Shown here: one piece after another, positions 34,790 through 45,163 of the stretch
Layout: every line of letters starts with the position of its first letter
How positions within the stretch are numbered: the first letter of the stretch is position 1
Virus record (IMG/VR): IMGVR_UViG_3300012665_000938
Coordinates: 1-58,022 of that record
Strand: one strand, 5' to 3'
DNA from: a virus
Lineage: Duplodnaviria; Caudoviricetes
DNA length: 58,022 bases
Program-made: the position numbers and the translations under genes
The notes under the pieces: generated by a model
What the model saw: only the letters and a program-made list of their open reading frames with translations
Database searches by the model: none
What the model was told of the DNA's origin: nothing

Positions 34790-37700
34790 TATCTATGTCT
34801 CTGTATTCCAGACTCAATCATGTGAAGATGGACTGCGTATAACCTAAAAGCATATAATGCTTCACTACCTTGCAATAATATTTGCCAGTTGAAATCAGAT
34901 AGGTCACGACTAACACCACGAATAGCACGAGATTTTTCACCATAGAAAAAGTAAGATTTTCCATATTGAATTTGACCAGACGGAGATTCTAAATTCCATT
35001 GAATTTGTGTTCCTCCATCAGTAGCACCATCTGCATGAATATCTAATTGATATGGTCGGTTCTTAGCGTAATATGCAATTCCATCTGCATAGGCTTGACC
35101 ATATGCTCGTGTTTTCAATACCCACCGAATAGTCTCGATACTTCTAAACTCTGGTTGACTTCCAGCAATTAATCCTACTGGTGGACCACCAACTGTGTAT
35201 GAAAGTATAACTGAATTATTTGTAACTGTCTTAACGTAAAGTATGCCTCCAGCAAGTAATCCATTTCCACTTTTCGTAATAATGATTGGGTCATTTACTG
35301 CTAAACCACCAGTATTAATTGTTCCGGAAAATGTAAATGTACTTGTCCCTGTATTTACACCATTTGGTTTATATGTATATAAACTGTCGTAGAAATTGGT
35401 CATCTGTACAATTTGCCCACGTGTATCAGCAAAGTATAGTGACTCTCTATCATTAGATGTGGCAAGAGATACTGCACTAGTTACATCATAATTTGACGTA
35501 AAAGTTGTCCAACCTCCAATGCGTGTGTCCCAGACATATCCACCTCTGTTATTTAATTGACCTACAGTAGGAGCAAATAAGTAAACCTTTTTGTCATGTA
35601 CTGTAATAAGGCTTCTTTTGTAAGATGCAGCAGATATTGAATTTTCAAGAGGCGCAACACGATATGGATTCAACGCCAGTAATCCATCTAGTTGTATGGA
35701 CTTAGGTATTACTTGAGTGCCAGCAAAGTTGACTAAGCCCGTACTATTCAAATACCACGGCTGACCCATAACAGTCGTATGACATCGTTTAGCAAGAAGC
35801 CCTATACCAGCCTCACGCAGAAATGCTTGAATAGACCAACTTGTAGGTGCAAAACCAGTAACTGGATATACAGTTCCTTCTCGGAATACTAACAATACTG
35901 ATGTAGTACTGTTGTTTTTAGACATCATGTCACCGTGATAAGACATCATACTTACTATGGTTTCTTTATCACTGGTGGAAGAAACATCAAAGGATGCACC
36001 TTTTATGTCTACCTTAGGGTCAGTAAGTAGTGGAACATGAGTTGTGTTTATAGTGTATTCATTATCTGCATTGAATAACCACGAAACCCAAAGCGTGTTA
36101 TCTTTTCCTACCCATAGACGTTGCTGATGAGTAGTAATAGATGTTCCACCAGTTGGATAGTTATCTTGACCAGATTCATAAACATCACCCTGTGAACCTT
36201 GTGGTCCATCAGATAGAAGAGCAGATTCAGCAACATTATCAAGTAGTGTTATCTGTCCACCAGTAGTTGATAAAACGGCTAAATCAGTTCCATTGGTAGT
36301 GCTATCAGATACTTTGTATGAACCAATACATCGATATAAACCATCAGGATAAGCAGTACTAGCCCTATAGATAATAAGGTGCGTATAAGACACTGGTGAG
36401 TTTATGGTTTCAGTATTAGGGTTTAAAACAATCTGGTTAGCACTAAGGGCTTCAGTAGCAGTTAGTTCATTACTAACTCCAGTAAGTTCACTTTCAAATC
36501 CCTTATAGTAAACAGTTGATGTACCTGTGCCTACTCCCGGAACAAATGGCGCAGATGCTCCATCTTCTGGATACCAACGTGAATACCGATACTTATATTT
36601 AACTTGAGAAGTCAAATTACCATTGATGACAATGTCACCAATGTACATGAGGTCTTGACCATCAAATAGATTTTCTACATCACCATCAAACATAAAGTAC
36701 ACACGTGAAACAGCATCCATCTTAGTAGATGTAAAGCCACGTAGACTCCACGTCATATATCCATTTTCAGAATCGTAACTTCCGTATCCACCCCATTCAA
36801 CATAACCAGTATCTTCTTGAAGTCCAATCTTGATATTTGGAACTGAAGATTGAATAAATGCAGGGAATACAGTTTTTAAACTTAAAGAATCATATTTACT
36901 CCAGTCACGTGCAATTGGAATAACAGTGTGTACTCCAGTTCCAGTGCCTGTAAAAGTAATAGGAGTTCCACCACGTGAAAGTGCTATACGTATATTGATA
37001 GACGATGTATATACAACGTAATAAGTAGTTGTTGTATTTATCTCAGTAGGAAGCGTATTAGTAGTCGCAAACTTTACTGGAGTCCCAACTGCTAATACGG
37101 GACTGAATGTTCCAGATACCAATGTTCCTGCTGCAAATGTAACTGTAGTCTGCGGTCTCATTGTAAACTTGATTGCACAGTTCTTTAGAAGACCCGCATA
37201 TCCAATGACATTAGAGTTATTTTGCATAGCCTTGATTTTGACAAGACCAGTGTTGTTATCAATCGCATCTGATGCAACTGTATTCAGTCGTGGACTAACA
37301 GCGTACACAGATGTCTTAGTAATGTAGATGCCCTTGCCATCACCTTCACGTGCATTGACATTCTGGACACTTACACGCAACTGTACTATTTCATTCTGAT
37401 AGACTCTGAAGTCACAGAGGACATTAGCCTTAATCCAGTCATCACCTTTACGGGCAATAGGTGGAGCAACCACAGTAGATACATATGCACCGGGTATAGC
37501 AACAGCACTACCTAGTACGTTCTTGTATCCTTGAACTGTAACGCTGATTGATTGACCTACAGTACTTGTCTGTTGGTCAACATTCAATGCCCACATACTA
37601 AAGAGGAACAATCCAGTTCCTTGAACTGTGTAATACGTATTACTTGTAGTAGCAGTAAATGTATGTGGAGTGCCATTGTTGTACTGACTAATCTTAAAAG

Positions 37701-39039
37701 AGTTAGCATCAACAATAGAAACAACCCACATATCATTGGATGGAATTCCAGTAGTTGTAACAAACCGTAATCTTTGACCGATTCTTACATTGTGAGCAGT
37801 CGATGTTACTGTGTCACCTAAGTTGGAATAACTACATGAGAATGGCGATGTGCTGTTATTATTATTGATGTAGTTAGTCTGCTCATATGGCATCGTAATA
37901 CCTGAGGCAGGAATGTCTTGATAGATTCCATCGCCAGTACCATCAATCTGTACTATCCTAGTAGCACCTTGATTAGGTGGGCTATATATGTTTTGGTCGG
38001 TACTAAGGAAGTTGTTGTTTGAGTTAGTAACACCAACACCTTTGACCACGGGGTCACCAGCAATCTTTTTCCACGTACCAGACCACGCATTGTAGTTGAC
38101 GGCATACGCAGTAAAGTCAGGTGTGTCAAGTTTATTAGTCTCTGCGCCAGTAACAAGAATTGGACCTACATTACTATCAATGTACTGATGTTGACTAGCA
38201 GGAGGTATTGAATACTGCGAAAACGAATATGGACGTGCTAATGGTTTAAGATTAGGGAATCCTACTATCTGTGGAATTTGAATAGTTCCACCAACAGTTC
38301 CATCAGTTCTAAACAAACCAATTGTTGATTCTGCACCACTTACTGTTTTGCCGGGGACTCCATAGACATACTTGCCATAAGCGACCATTCGGACATTAGG
38401 GCTATACATAGGAGTAGCACCAGTGCCGTAATCAGCAAGTTGCGTACTAGTATTCGTACTTGTGCTGTACCTAAATAATTTACCAACTGACGTATAAATA
38501 AAATCACTTGTAACACCATCAGTATTTTTAATTGGAGTCATTTCAAAAATACCAATAGCATCACTTGCATCTGGAATAATTTGTAATGTTCCTGTTCCAG
38601 TAGTTGTAAATGTCATCACTGGTCCACCTAAGGACCCAGAAATATTAATTACTGATGCTGATGGTGTTCCAACTACATAATATGTATATGCTTCATTTAA
38701 TGGAATTGGTGTTGATGTTGGAAATGTTAAAGTTGTAGTAAATCGAACTGTTTGTCCTACTGAATATGTAAATGGAAATGAACCATTAATATTAGCACTA
38801 CCGCCACTAGTAAATGTAACTGTAGTAGGATTAGTATTTTGTTCAGATGGTTGTAATAAACCCTGAAAACCATTACGAACAACAAGAGAACCTCCATCTA
38901 GTTGTAAGTTTTCTATTATTTCAGAAAGACCGGCTTCAAGTTTATTTGCATCGTTATAGGTATCAATTCCACGAAATGCACGGTCACCAATTACATAAGG
39001 CTGGACACCAGATGTTACAGCGGTTACGTCATTAGCCAT
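34789..39039 (-). CDS. Tail tubular/nozzle-like (stabilisation) protein with four inserted repeat domains
   Basis: F.GI..Y, ENL...GSL..R.G, HQQRLW and GIG.....C beta-propeller-type motifs; position after adaptors and fibres. Confidence 0.65.
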   Translation of the reverse strand: MANDVTAVTSGVQPYVIGDRAFRGIDTYNDANKLEAGLSEIIENLQLDGGSLVVRNGFQGLLQPSEQNTNPTTVTFTSGGSANINGSFPFTYSVGQTVRFTTTLTFPTSTPIPLNEAYTYYVVGTPSASVINISGSLGGPVMTFTTTGTGTLQIIPDASDAIGIFEMTPIKNTDGVTSDFIYTSVGKLFRYSTSTNTSTQLADYGTGATPMYSPNVRMVAYGKYVYGVPGKTVSGAESTIGLFRTDGTVGGTIQIPQIVGFPNLKPLARPYSFSQYSIPPASQHQYIDSNVGPILVTGAETNKLDTPDFTAYAVNYNAWSGTWKKIAGDPVVKGVGVTNSNNNFLSTDQNIYSPPNQGATRIVQIDGTGDGIYQDIPASGITMPYEQTNYINNNNSTSPFSCSYSNLGDTVTSTAHNVRIGQRLRFVTTTGIPSNDMWVVSIVDANSFKISQYNNGTPHTFTATTSNTYYTVQGTGLFLFSMWALNVDQQTSTVGQSISVTVQGYKNVLGSAVAIPGAYVSTVVAPPIARKGDDWIKANVLCDFRVYQNEIVQLRVSVQNVNAREGDGKGIYITKTSVYAVSPRLNTVASDAIDNNTGLVKIKAMQNNSNVIGYAGLLKNCAIKFTMRPQTTVTFAAGTLVSGTFSPVLAVGTPVKFATTNTLPTEINTTTTYYVVYTSSINIRIALSRGGTPITFTGTGTGVHTVIPIARDWSKYDSLSLKTVFPAFIQSSVPNIKIGLQEDTGYVEWGGYGSYDSENGYMTWSLRGFTSTKMDAVSRVYFMFDGDVENLFDGQDLMYIGDIVINGNLTSQVKYKYRYSRWYPEDGASAPFVPGVGTGTSTVYYKGFESELTGVSNELTATEALSANQIVLNPNTETINSPVSYTHLIIYRASTAYPDGLYRCIGSYKVSDSTTNGTDLAVLSTTGGQITLLDNVAESALLSDGPQGSQGDVYESGQDNYPTGGTSITTHQQRLWVGKDNTLWVSWLFNADNEYTINTTHVPLLTDPKVDIKGASFDVSSTSDKETIVSMMSYHGDMMSKNNSTTSVLLVFREGTVYPVTGFAPTSWSIQAFLREAGIGLLAKRCHTTVMGQPWYLNSTGLVNFAGTQVIPKSIQLDGLLALNPYRVAPLENSISAASYKRSLITVHDKKVYLFAPTVGQLNNRGGYVWDTRIGGWTTFTSNYDVTSAVSLATSNDRESLYFADTRGQIVQMTNFYDSLYTYKPNGVNTGTSTFTFSGTINTGGLAVNDPIIITKSGNGLLAGGILYVKTVTNNSVILSYTVGGPPVGLIAGSQPEFRSIETIRWVLKTRAYGQAYADGIAYYAKNRPYQLDIHADGATDGGTQIQWNLESPSGQIQYGKSYFFYGEKSRAIRGVSRDLSDFNWQILLQGSEALYAFRLYAVHLHMIESGIQRHR

Positions 39040-39304
39040 TACAGTGACCTCTCTTCCATTGACTCGTTAATGTCTGGGTATTACTAAACTGATTAGAAAT
39101 CGTTGCTTCTTTGGAAAATTGATTACTCAAAGTCGCATCTGTACTAAATTGATTAGAAAGTGTTGATTCAGTATTAAATTGATTATATAGGGTTGGGTCA
39201 ACACCATACTCAGGACAAGGACAAAGTATTGGTTCTGGAGATGTAGTACTTGCTGCTAATCGAAATACCCATCTACCAATTAACGATACATATCCGGCTG
39301 CCAT
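39032..39304 (-). CDS. Small protein with 10-aa tandem repeats
   Basis: TLYNQFNTES / TLSNQFSTDA / TLSNQFSKEA / TISNQFSNTQ. Confidence 0.7.
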   Translation of the reverse strand: MAAGYVSLIGRWVFRLAASTTSPEPILCPCPEYGVDPTLYNQFNTESTLSNQFSTDATLSNQFSKEATISNQFSNTQTLTSQWKRGHCNG

Positions 39305-40938
39305 TATGGAGTAACACCAGTGATTGGAATCGCAGCGATGTCAGATGTTACTGCTGCTGTCCACGCAATACTAGTTCCGTCTGCTTCATAAACAGTAAGT
39401 GTCGTAGCCGAAACAGTTACCTTATTACGCAACAGTTTCATTACATCCTTTACAGTACGACCAGTACTTGAGCCAGTAGCAATGTTACGATTAAGGATTG
39501 CATCTGCAATCTCAGCGCAAGCATCCGCAGATAGAGCAGTTGCATTTACTGCATCAGCACTTATAGTTCCAACAGTAACTGAACCAGTGACAGAGCCAAC
39601 AGACCCAGTAACACTTCCCACAGACCCAGTATTATTATAAGACTGAGCAGTTGCAAGACTAAATCCAGTCTTATCTGTAAGACTTCTACCACCACCATAG
39701 GTCCATACATCAGCAGCAGTAATGCCTCCTCCACCACTTACGGTAGATACCTGTTGGTCGAGATAATAACCAAACGTACCAGCAGCAGGTATTCCACTAG
39801 TAGGAGATGCAGTACTCCTCAATTGATTCCATACACTCTTAGTTATTGCTGTGTTTCCAGTAGTATCAAACTGACCACCTAATGTAATAGTGCCAGTATT
39901 CATAAGAAGCGTTTTAAGGTTAATGGCAGCAGTAGCATCATTATCAATACGGTGAATATCTACGTCAATTCCATTTGTCCCTGAAATGGAATACATAGTT
40001 ACATCGCCATTCTTACTTGACTGGTCACTACGTAGAAGCGCCTTACCAAATGTACCTGTAGTATTTGATGACGTTCCATCATAAGTGTGGACTACTGCAT
40101 TCCATACATCATTGGCTACAGCACCTGCAACCAACCGTCCTTCAGATGCAGTAACATCTGTACTTAGTCGAATTGTAATTGCACTGTCAGCAATCTTCGC
40201 ATTTGTAATTGCATCAGCAGCAATTTTGGTATCTGTAATTGCATTATTGGCTATTTTGGCATTTGTAATTGCATTATCAGCAAGAACTGTAGCGTTGACT
40301 GCATTTGCAGAAAGGTATGCCTTTACACCACCGCCAGCAGTATTACCTATAACTAAAGCACTATCTTGAAATTTTGATGCCTGTAATGCGTCTGCTGCGA
40401 TGTTTCCAGCAGCAATAGCATTTGCAGCAAGGTAGGCTTTTACGCCTGTGCCTGATGCACTAGCAATTACTAATGCACCATCTTGAATCTTAGTTGCTTG
40501 AATTGCATCGGTAGCAATAGATGTTGCAGTAATGACACCAGCATTTATCGCCCCTACAGTCACTGCTCCACCACCCGTGATAGCAAGTGAACTGAAGTTT
40601 GCAGGGAAAGTTGGCAATGCCGTAAGTGGGTCACCTGAGTACACATATCCAACCAGTTGAACAGTTCTTATTAGTGCATCACTAATACGGACATTAAGCA
40701 CACCTACGCTGTCTAGGTTTGCTGCGGTCATTTCGTAATACCAAAGACCAGAATCAATATGTGTAAAGGCTGGACTAACTGGAGTAGTACCCGGAGTTAC
40801 TCCATTCTTCACAATATACACAGAAGTAGATGTACTAAGACCAGTAGTTACAGCCGTAAATCCATCAGACGCACTTACTGCGTAAAAGAATATTCGCCTA
40901 CGACTAGCAGTCGTTTCATTCTGTGTAAATTGAAACAT
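39304..40938 (-). CDS. Putative tail fibre/spike with AITxAKIAD repeats
   Basis: Repeated AITNAKIA(D/N) and GSVTGSVGSV; located in the tail cluster. Confidence 0.65.
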   Translation of the reverse strand: MFQFTQNETTASRRRIFFYAVSASDGFTAVTTGLSTSTSVYIVKNGVTPGTTPVSPAFTHIDSGLWYYEMTAANLDSVGVLNVRISDALIRTVQLVGYVYSGDPLTALPTFPANFSSLAITGGGAVTVGAINAGVITATSIATDAIQATKIQDGALVIASASGTGVKAYLAANAIAAGNIAADALQASKFQDSALVIGNTAGGGVKAYLSANAVNATVLADNAITNAKIANNAITDTKIAADAITNAKIADSAITIRLSTDVTASEGRLVAGAVANDVWNAVVHTYDGTSSNTTGTFGKALLRSDQSSKNGDVTMYSISGTNGIDVDIHRIDNDATAAINLKTLLMNTGTITLGGQFDTTGNTAITKSVWNQLRSTASPTSGIPAAGTFGYYLDQQVSTVSGGGGITAADVWTYGGGRSLTDKTGFSLATAQSYNNTGSVGSVTGSVGSVTGSVTVGTISADAVNATALSADACAEIADAILNRNIATGSSTGRTVKDVMKLLRNKVTVSATTLTVYEADGTSIAWTAAVTSDIAAIPITGVTP

Positions 40939-42080
40939 TAGTTAAGCCCCGCATTCAATCCTACTCTAGGTTCTGTTGCACTACTTCCACCGCCACCAGT
41001 AAATGCCATATCCTCAATAATGATTTGCATAGAGAATAGTCTTGTAGTATTGGATGTAAATGCACCACCACCAGTATTACGAGATACATAAACTATATCT
41101 GTAGGGTTAGCAATAAACACTTGTTTATGAGAAGCGTTTGCAAATGTCATATAAGCAAATGAACCAAAGTTAGTCGCACTAGTTGGTTTAATGGTTATAG
41201 TGTAATCAGTACCTGAATTTAAAGTTGATAATGTTGCAGTATCAAATCGCAACTCATTGTGTGAGGTATTACCAGTATGTGTTTGGTCTCCATCAAATGA
41301 TGTTGTTTGTAAAGCGGTTAATCCACTGTATAAAACAACATCAAAACCACCAGTACTTAAGACCGCACCTAATCTTAATCCAGCAACCTTATATGTACTA
41401 CATACAGTTGATGGAATTCTAAATGTCATACCTGCTTCAGCCGGTGCTGAAGTATTATTAATTGCAAGTTGAGCAAATGTTTCCATTGGGAAACCATATA
41501 CTTTAGATGCTGTGCTGTAATAGAATCCCGGACAAGCAGAGTTCACACGATTAAGTGTTGAGCCAGTTGTAATTTCATACCCATATGGATAACGAACATA
41601 TGGGGTAATAGTATTCCAACCACGAGTAACTGACACACTATCTGTTGCAGACCACGTACCAGTCATACCTTTTACAACAATGCCAAAAACTACCCCCTTA
41701 GGGATAGTAACTGCTGTCGTAAGTGTAAATTCAGTAAATACGTTGATTGCTGGAACAGGAGTTGCTGGGACAACAGTTATTTCTTGATATGCAGTTCCTG
41801 CTGCTCCACTAAATGTAGCATCTGCCCATACTGGAGTTGATGCTGGATATCCAGTGGCTGCGTCAATATAAACAATTCCTGCACGTATAACTCTGTTAAC
41901 AGATGTTCCACCAACAGCAGTAAAACGTGCTGCCACCTTAGTAATTGTTACTGCATCTTCTGTTCTAAATATCTGTCCCTGTAAGTCAGTAGTTGCGTCA
42001 AGGACACCAGCAGTAATTGCTGGAAGGTTACCGTTTGAAGGAAATGGGATATCTGGATAAACAAATTCAATTGTAGCCAT
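40938..42080 (-). CDS. Putative beta-rich virion protein
   Basis: T/G/V-rich, two-domain appearance, located in the tail cluster. Confidence 0.55.
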   Translation of the reverse strand: MATIEFVYPDIPFPSNGNLPAITAGVLDATTDLQGQIFRTEDAVTITKVAARFTAVGGTSVNRVIRAGIVYIDAATGYPASTPVWADATFSGAAGTAYQEITVVPATPVPAINVFTEFTLTTAVTIPKGVVFGIVVKGMTGTWSATDSVSVTRGWNTITPYVRYPYGYEITTGSTLNRVNSACPGFYYSTASKVYGFPMETFAQLAINNTSAPAEAGMTFRIPSTVCSTYKVAGLRLGAVLSTGGFDVVLYSGLTALQTTSFDGDQTHTGNTSHNELRFDTATLSTLNSGTDYTITIKPTSATNFGSFAYMTFANASHKQVFIANPTDIVYVSRNTGGGAFTSNTTRLFSMQIIIEDMAFTGGGGSSATEPRVGLNAGLN

Positions 42081-42337
42081 TAAATCCCTTTCACATATTG
42101 CTTATCAACATTAGATGGTTCGTATCTAACTACGTCACCAACTGATATAAATCCTGAAGCAACCAATGATGATGCAAGTCTTTTGATGGATTCAGATGCT
42201 GCATTTACATCATCTGCAACACAACAGTACTTTTGATATTCTTCTTCAGAACCAAACTGAATGCCTGTACCGTCACTAAAAATAATCTGCCAGTACTCAT
42301 CTATGTAACCCATATTCGCTACACCAATATCGTACAT
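42080..42337 (-). CDS. Hypothetical protein
   Basis: TAATG coupling on both sides. Confidence 0.7.
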   Translation of the reverse strand: MYDIGVANMGYIDEYWQIIFSDGTGIQFGSEEEYQKYCCVADDVNAASESIKRLASSLVASGFISVGDVVRYEPSNVDKQYVKGI

Positions 42338-42609
42338 TAGTCCGTATTCTTCTCTACGACTTGAGTCCTAAGGCTATTGGCAGGAAGTGAAGAATCAGGA
42401 CGTGTAAAGAAGGCTAGACCAGCAGCAAGTGCAGCAGATGAAGCAATGCTCAATGCTTTTACGCCTTGAACAACAATCGTTTCCTTCAACTGACCAACAG
42501 TTACAATAGGAGTATTCTGCAACGCAGTTGCAATGACAGTCATAAACGTAGATACAAATGCAATGAGCGCAACCATAAACAGTCGGCTAAATGAGATTCC
42601 ATTAAACAT
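42337..42609 (-). CDS. Putative holin
   Basis: Two hydrophobic helices and a hydrophilic C-terminal tail, 90 aa. Confidence 0.6.
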   Translation of the reverse strand: MFNGISFSRLFMVALIAFVSTFMTVIATALQNTPIVTVGQLKETIVVQGVKALSIASSAALAAGLAFFTRPDSSLPANSLRTQVVEKNTD

Positions 42610-42860
42610 TATTTTGTCTTCTCCTCTAACACACGTAGTCGTTCTTTGACGTTTTGAAGTTCTTTATCAAGTGAGTTTATCTCAAGCCTCATATTATCAA
42701 CAGACGCTTTAAGGTCACTAAACTGCCGGTCTGTATTTTGACTGAGATTAAGGATTAGCATTTCAATCCGGTCAACCCTGCGAATCATTGTTACAACACT
42801 GATTGCTGCGCTGAGGATAATGCCGACAACTGTTCCTGCTATATCCTTAAGTTCCATCAC
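42609..42860 (-). CDS. TM plus coiled-coil protein (XhlA/holin-associated type)
   Basis: N-terminal TM followed by heptads ending ERLRVLEE. Confidence 0.6.
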   Translation of the reverse strand: MMELKDIAGTVVGIILSAAISVVTMIRRVDRIEMLILNLSQNTDRQFSDLKASVDNMRLEINSLDKELQNVKERLRVLEEKTK

Positions 42861-43642
42861 CCTTGCCCACTTGTTACTGGAGGTATTGCAAATGGGGAAC
42901 CCGGCATTTTAAGGAATGAATCTAATTGACCCCAAAGTCTCATACGTGATTCGTTATATACATTTCCCCAAAATGAACGTGCTGCTATAGATGGGTCATC
43001 AGTATTTTTTAACACCAGTTTGTATGCTGCATATGATGCCCACATTTTTAATTGAATGTCATCAGGAATTACTGTAATTGTTAAAGTGTCATCTGGTGGA
43101 GTCACATCATCAGGAAGAGCAAAACCAGCAAGAGTCCCTGCGCCATATACAGTAATAACCTGACTAGTAGCAGGTGATGGATATAACCTAATTGAATAGT
43201 CACCTAGCCTGTACCAGTACTTAGCGGTCCCTGTAGCCTCTGATTCAAAGGATGGAGAATACGCCCTAAGTGTAGGTTCAGAACAGTGTACGAGGCTTGT
43301 GGAACCCGCTGTGACCGTTAATGGGAACCACAACTTATTGGCATCGTTCTGCACAGTAATAGTTGGGGGAGGAGTGAATGTTGGTGTAGGCACATATGCA
43401 GCATCACATACAACATCAGATAGATTTACAATTGGATTACTCTGAGTAATAGTCGCTTTTGCTGGTACATAAATGCACGTTCGGCAACATTCATTTACTG
43501 CTTCATTGATATAAGCAATAATTGTTGTTGAAGTCGCTACTGATACTGTTCCAGTACCATCTCCTACTTCACCTAAAGACGAATCAGTAGACTCATTTAA
43601 AAGTCGTATTGTCTCGTTGTATAGAGCAAGGGCAGTAGCCAT
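42857..43642 (-). CDS. Putative head-tail adaptor
   Basis: I.YINEA..E.CR, G..KYWY...IRLYPSP, YAAYK motifs. Confidence 0.65.
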   Translation of the reverse strand: MATALALYNETIRLLNESTDSSLGEVGDGTGTVSVATSTTIIAYINEAVNECCRTCIYVPAKATITQSNPIVNLSDVVCDAAYVPTPTFTPPPTITVQNDANKLWFPLTVTAGSTSLVHCSEPTLRAYSPSFESEATGTAKYWYRLGDYSIRLYPSPATSQVITVYGAGTLAGFALPDDVTPPDDTLTITVIPDDIQLKMWASYAAYKLVLKNTDDPSIAARSFWGNVYNESRMRLWGQLDSFLKMPGSPFAIPPVTSGQG

Positions 43643-44286
43643 TAAACTGTTCTCCTGCCATATGTTGCAGCATAGGACTCAACTTGTCCAATGCGTTCAT
43701 TAAATTCCGTTTTAAATATAGCAAGGACATCAGCGTCCTTCATTTGCATTGCTCTCTTGTATAGCACTCCGTATACAAGACAGTCGTGGGACACATCAGG
43801 CAGCGGACACTCGTGAGAATCTGCAAGAGCAACTGGGTCACCATTGATATCGTATTGCCATATACTACCGGGCTGGCAGTATCCTTCAATCATTATTCCA
43901 TTAGTAAGAGCATCTGTTGGTGTGGGTTTAAAACCTAAACGGTTCATACCCATAAGAATACAAGCGTCAATTTGAACACCCATATTCATTCGGTACAAAT
44001 CAGCCTTACGGTCTGCATAATCAAGCAGTTTAATCCGTCGATAAGTACCATCATTTTCAAGGAGGAATACTCCCCTAATACGATACATATCAGGGGAGCA
44101 GTACTCAGATTGATTGGCTACAAGGTCAAGATATCTCCGACCAAATAGACAGTCTGTCTTACGTGCTATCTCATTAGCGGTCTCAATGATTAGGTACTCC
44201 AAACCGAATGGGTCAAGGTCTTGCTTGCCACCAAAGTGATGGAGACCAACCATACGAACCTTCTGTTTGATTTCACCTAGATTCAT
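43642..44286 (-). CDS. Putative head-tail adaptor
   Basis: MNLGEIKQKVR, EY..P.D, F.PTP, P.P...HDCLVYG motifs. Confidence 0.65.
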   Translation of the reverse strand: MNLGEIKQKVRMVGLHHFGGKQDLDPFGLEYLIIETANEIARKTDCLFGRRYLDLVANQSEYCSPDMYRIRGVFLLENDGTYRRIKLLDYADRKADLYRMNMGVQIDACILMGMNRLGFKPTPTDALTNGIMIEGYCQPGSIWQYDINGDPVALADSHECPLPDVSHDCLVYGVLYKRAMQMKDADVLAIFKTEFNERIGQVESYAATYGRRTV

Positions 44287-44300
44287 TGAGACCTACCTAA

Positions 44301-45143
44301 TTAGAACGACACGCCCATTGAGCCTTCACGACCATTGACCATTGCTGCCTGTCGAATTTCAAACGAACCTGCTCCAGAACCTGATACTGCCGATGCAGCA
44401 ACAATCAACTGAAGAGTACGGTTGTTAGTCAACAGTGGTACGAACTTGAATGTCGAACCGTTAGCAGCAACACTCATAGCAACAGCAGGTGTAATAGCAG
44501 CAAAGTTTGACAGAGTTCGCTTTGCGAGCGTGTCTGCGTTTGCAGCAACTACAGAAACACCAACCTGTACAACTGAATGAACGGCAGGTGCAGCACTACC
44601 AGTACTACCCATAATAATTGCTGTTCCACCAGCCGTTGCTGAAACTGTCAACGCAGAGGTTGAAGATGTAACAACGTAATATATCTGGTTCTGAACAATT
44701 TCAGCCGGAAGTTGAGCAGACGATACAAACTGGACCGGAGTACCAACTTGAAATGCTGCTGCAAATGTACCACTAATCGTTGCACTAGCAGCAGTAAATG
44801 TAACTGCTGGTTGCGAGTCTCCAATAACCTGAAAGGTCAAAGAAGTCAAACCAGTGCCAGCCAAAGCAGCGTTTCGTACTACCATCTTCAAGAACATCAA
44901 CTGGTTCTGACCATTAAAGCCCTGAATCAGTGCTGCTCCGTTTGGTCCAGCCACATCAGTCTGTGCGCCAAATCGTGTTGCATCACCGAGTGTTTCAGTG
45001 AACTGGCTGAATGGGTCAGATACGATTACGTTTGTAGCAGCAGAAGATGCTGGTTGGGCGTAAAGTACGGACGTTCGGTCAGCACTGGCAGTTAGAGGCG
45101 AAACAGTAAAAAACTTAAACGATGTTTTAGGGTCTCTTGCCAT
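44301..45143 (-). CDS. Putative capsid decoration/minor structural protein
   Basis: Directly after the major capsid gene, AAAGGA RBS; carries the same repeat domain as the 1416-aa protein. Confidence 0.55.
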   Translation of the reverse strand: MARDPKTSFKFFTVSPLTASADRTSVLYAQPASSAATNVIVSDPFSQFTETLGDATRFGAQTDVAGPNGAALIQGFNGQNQLMFLKMVVRNAALAGTGLTSLTFQVIGDSQPAVTFTAASATISGTFAAAFQVGTPVQFVSSAQLPAEIVQNQIYYVVTSSTSALTVSATAGGTAIIMGSTGSAAPAVHSVVQVGVSVVAANADTLAKRTLSNFAAITPAVAMSVAANGSTFKFVPLLTNNRTLQLIVAASAVSGSGAGSFEIRQAAMVNGREGSMGVSF

Positions 45144-45163
45144 TTTATTATTCCTTTCGTTAA

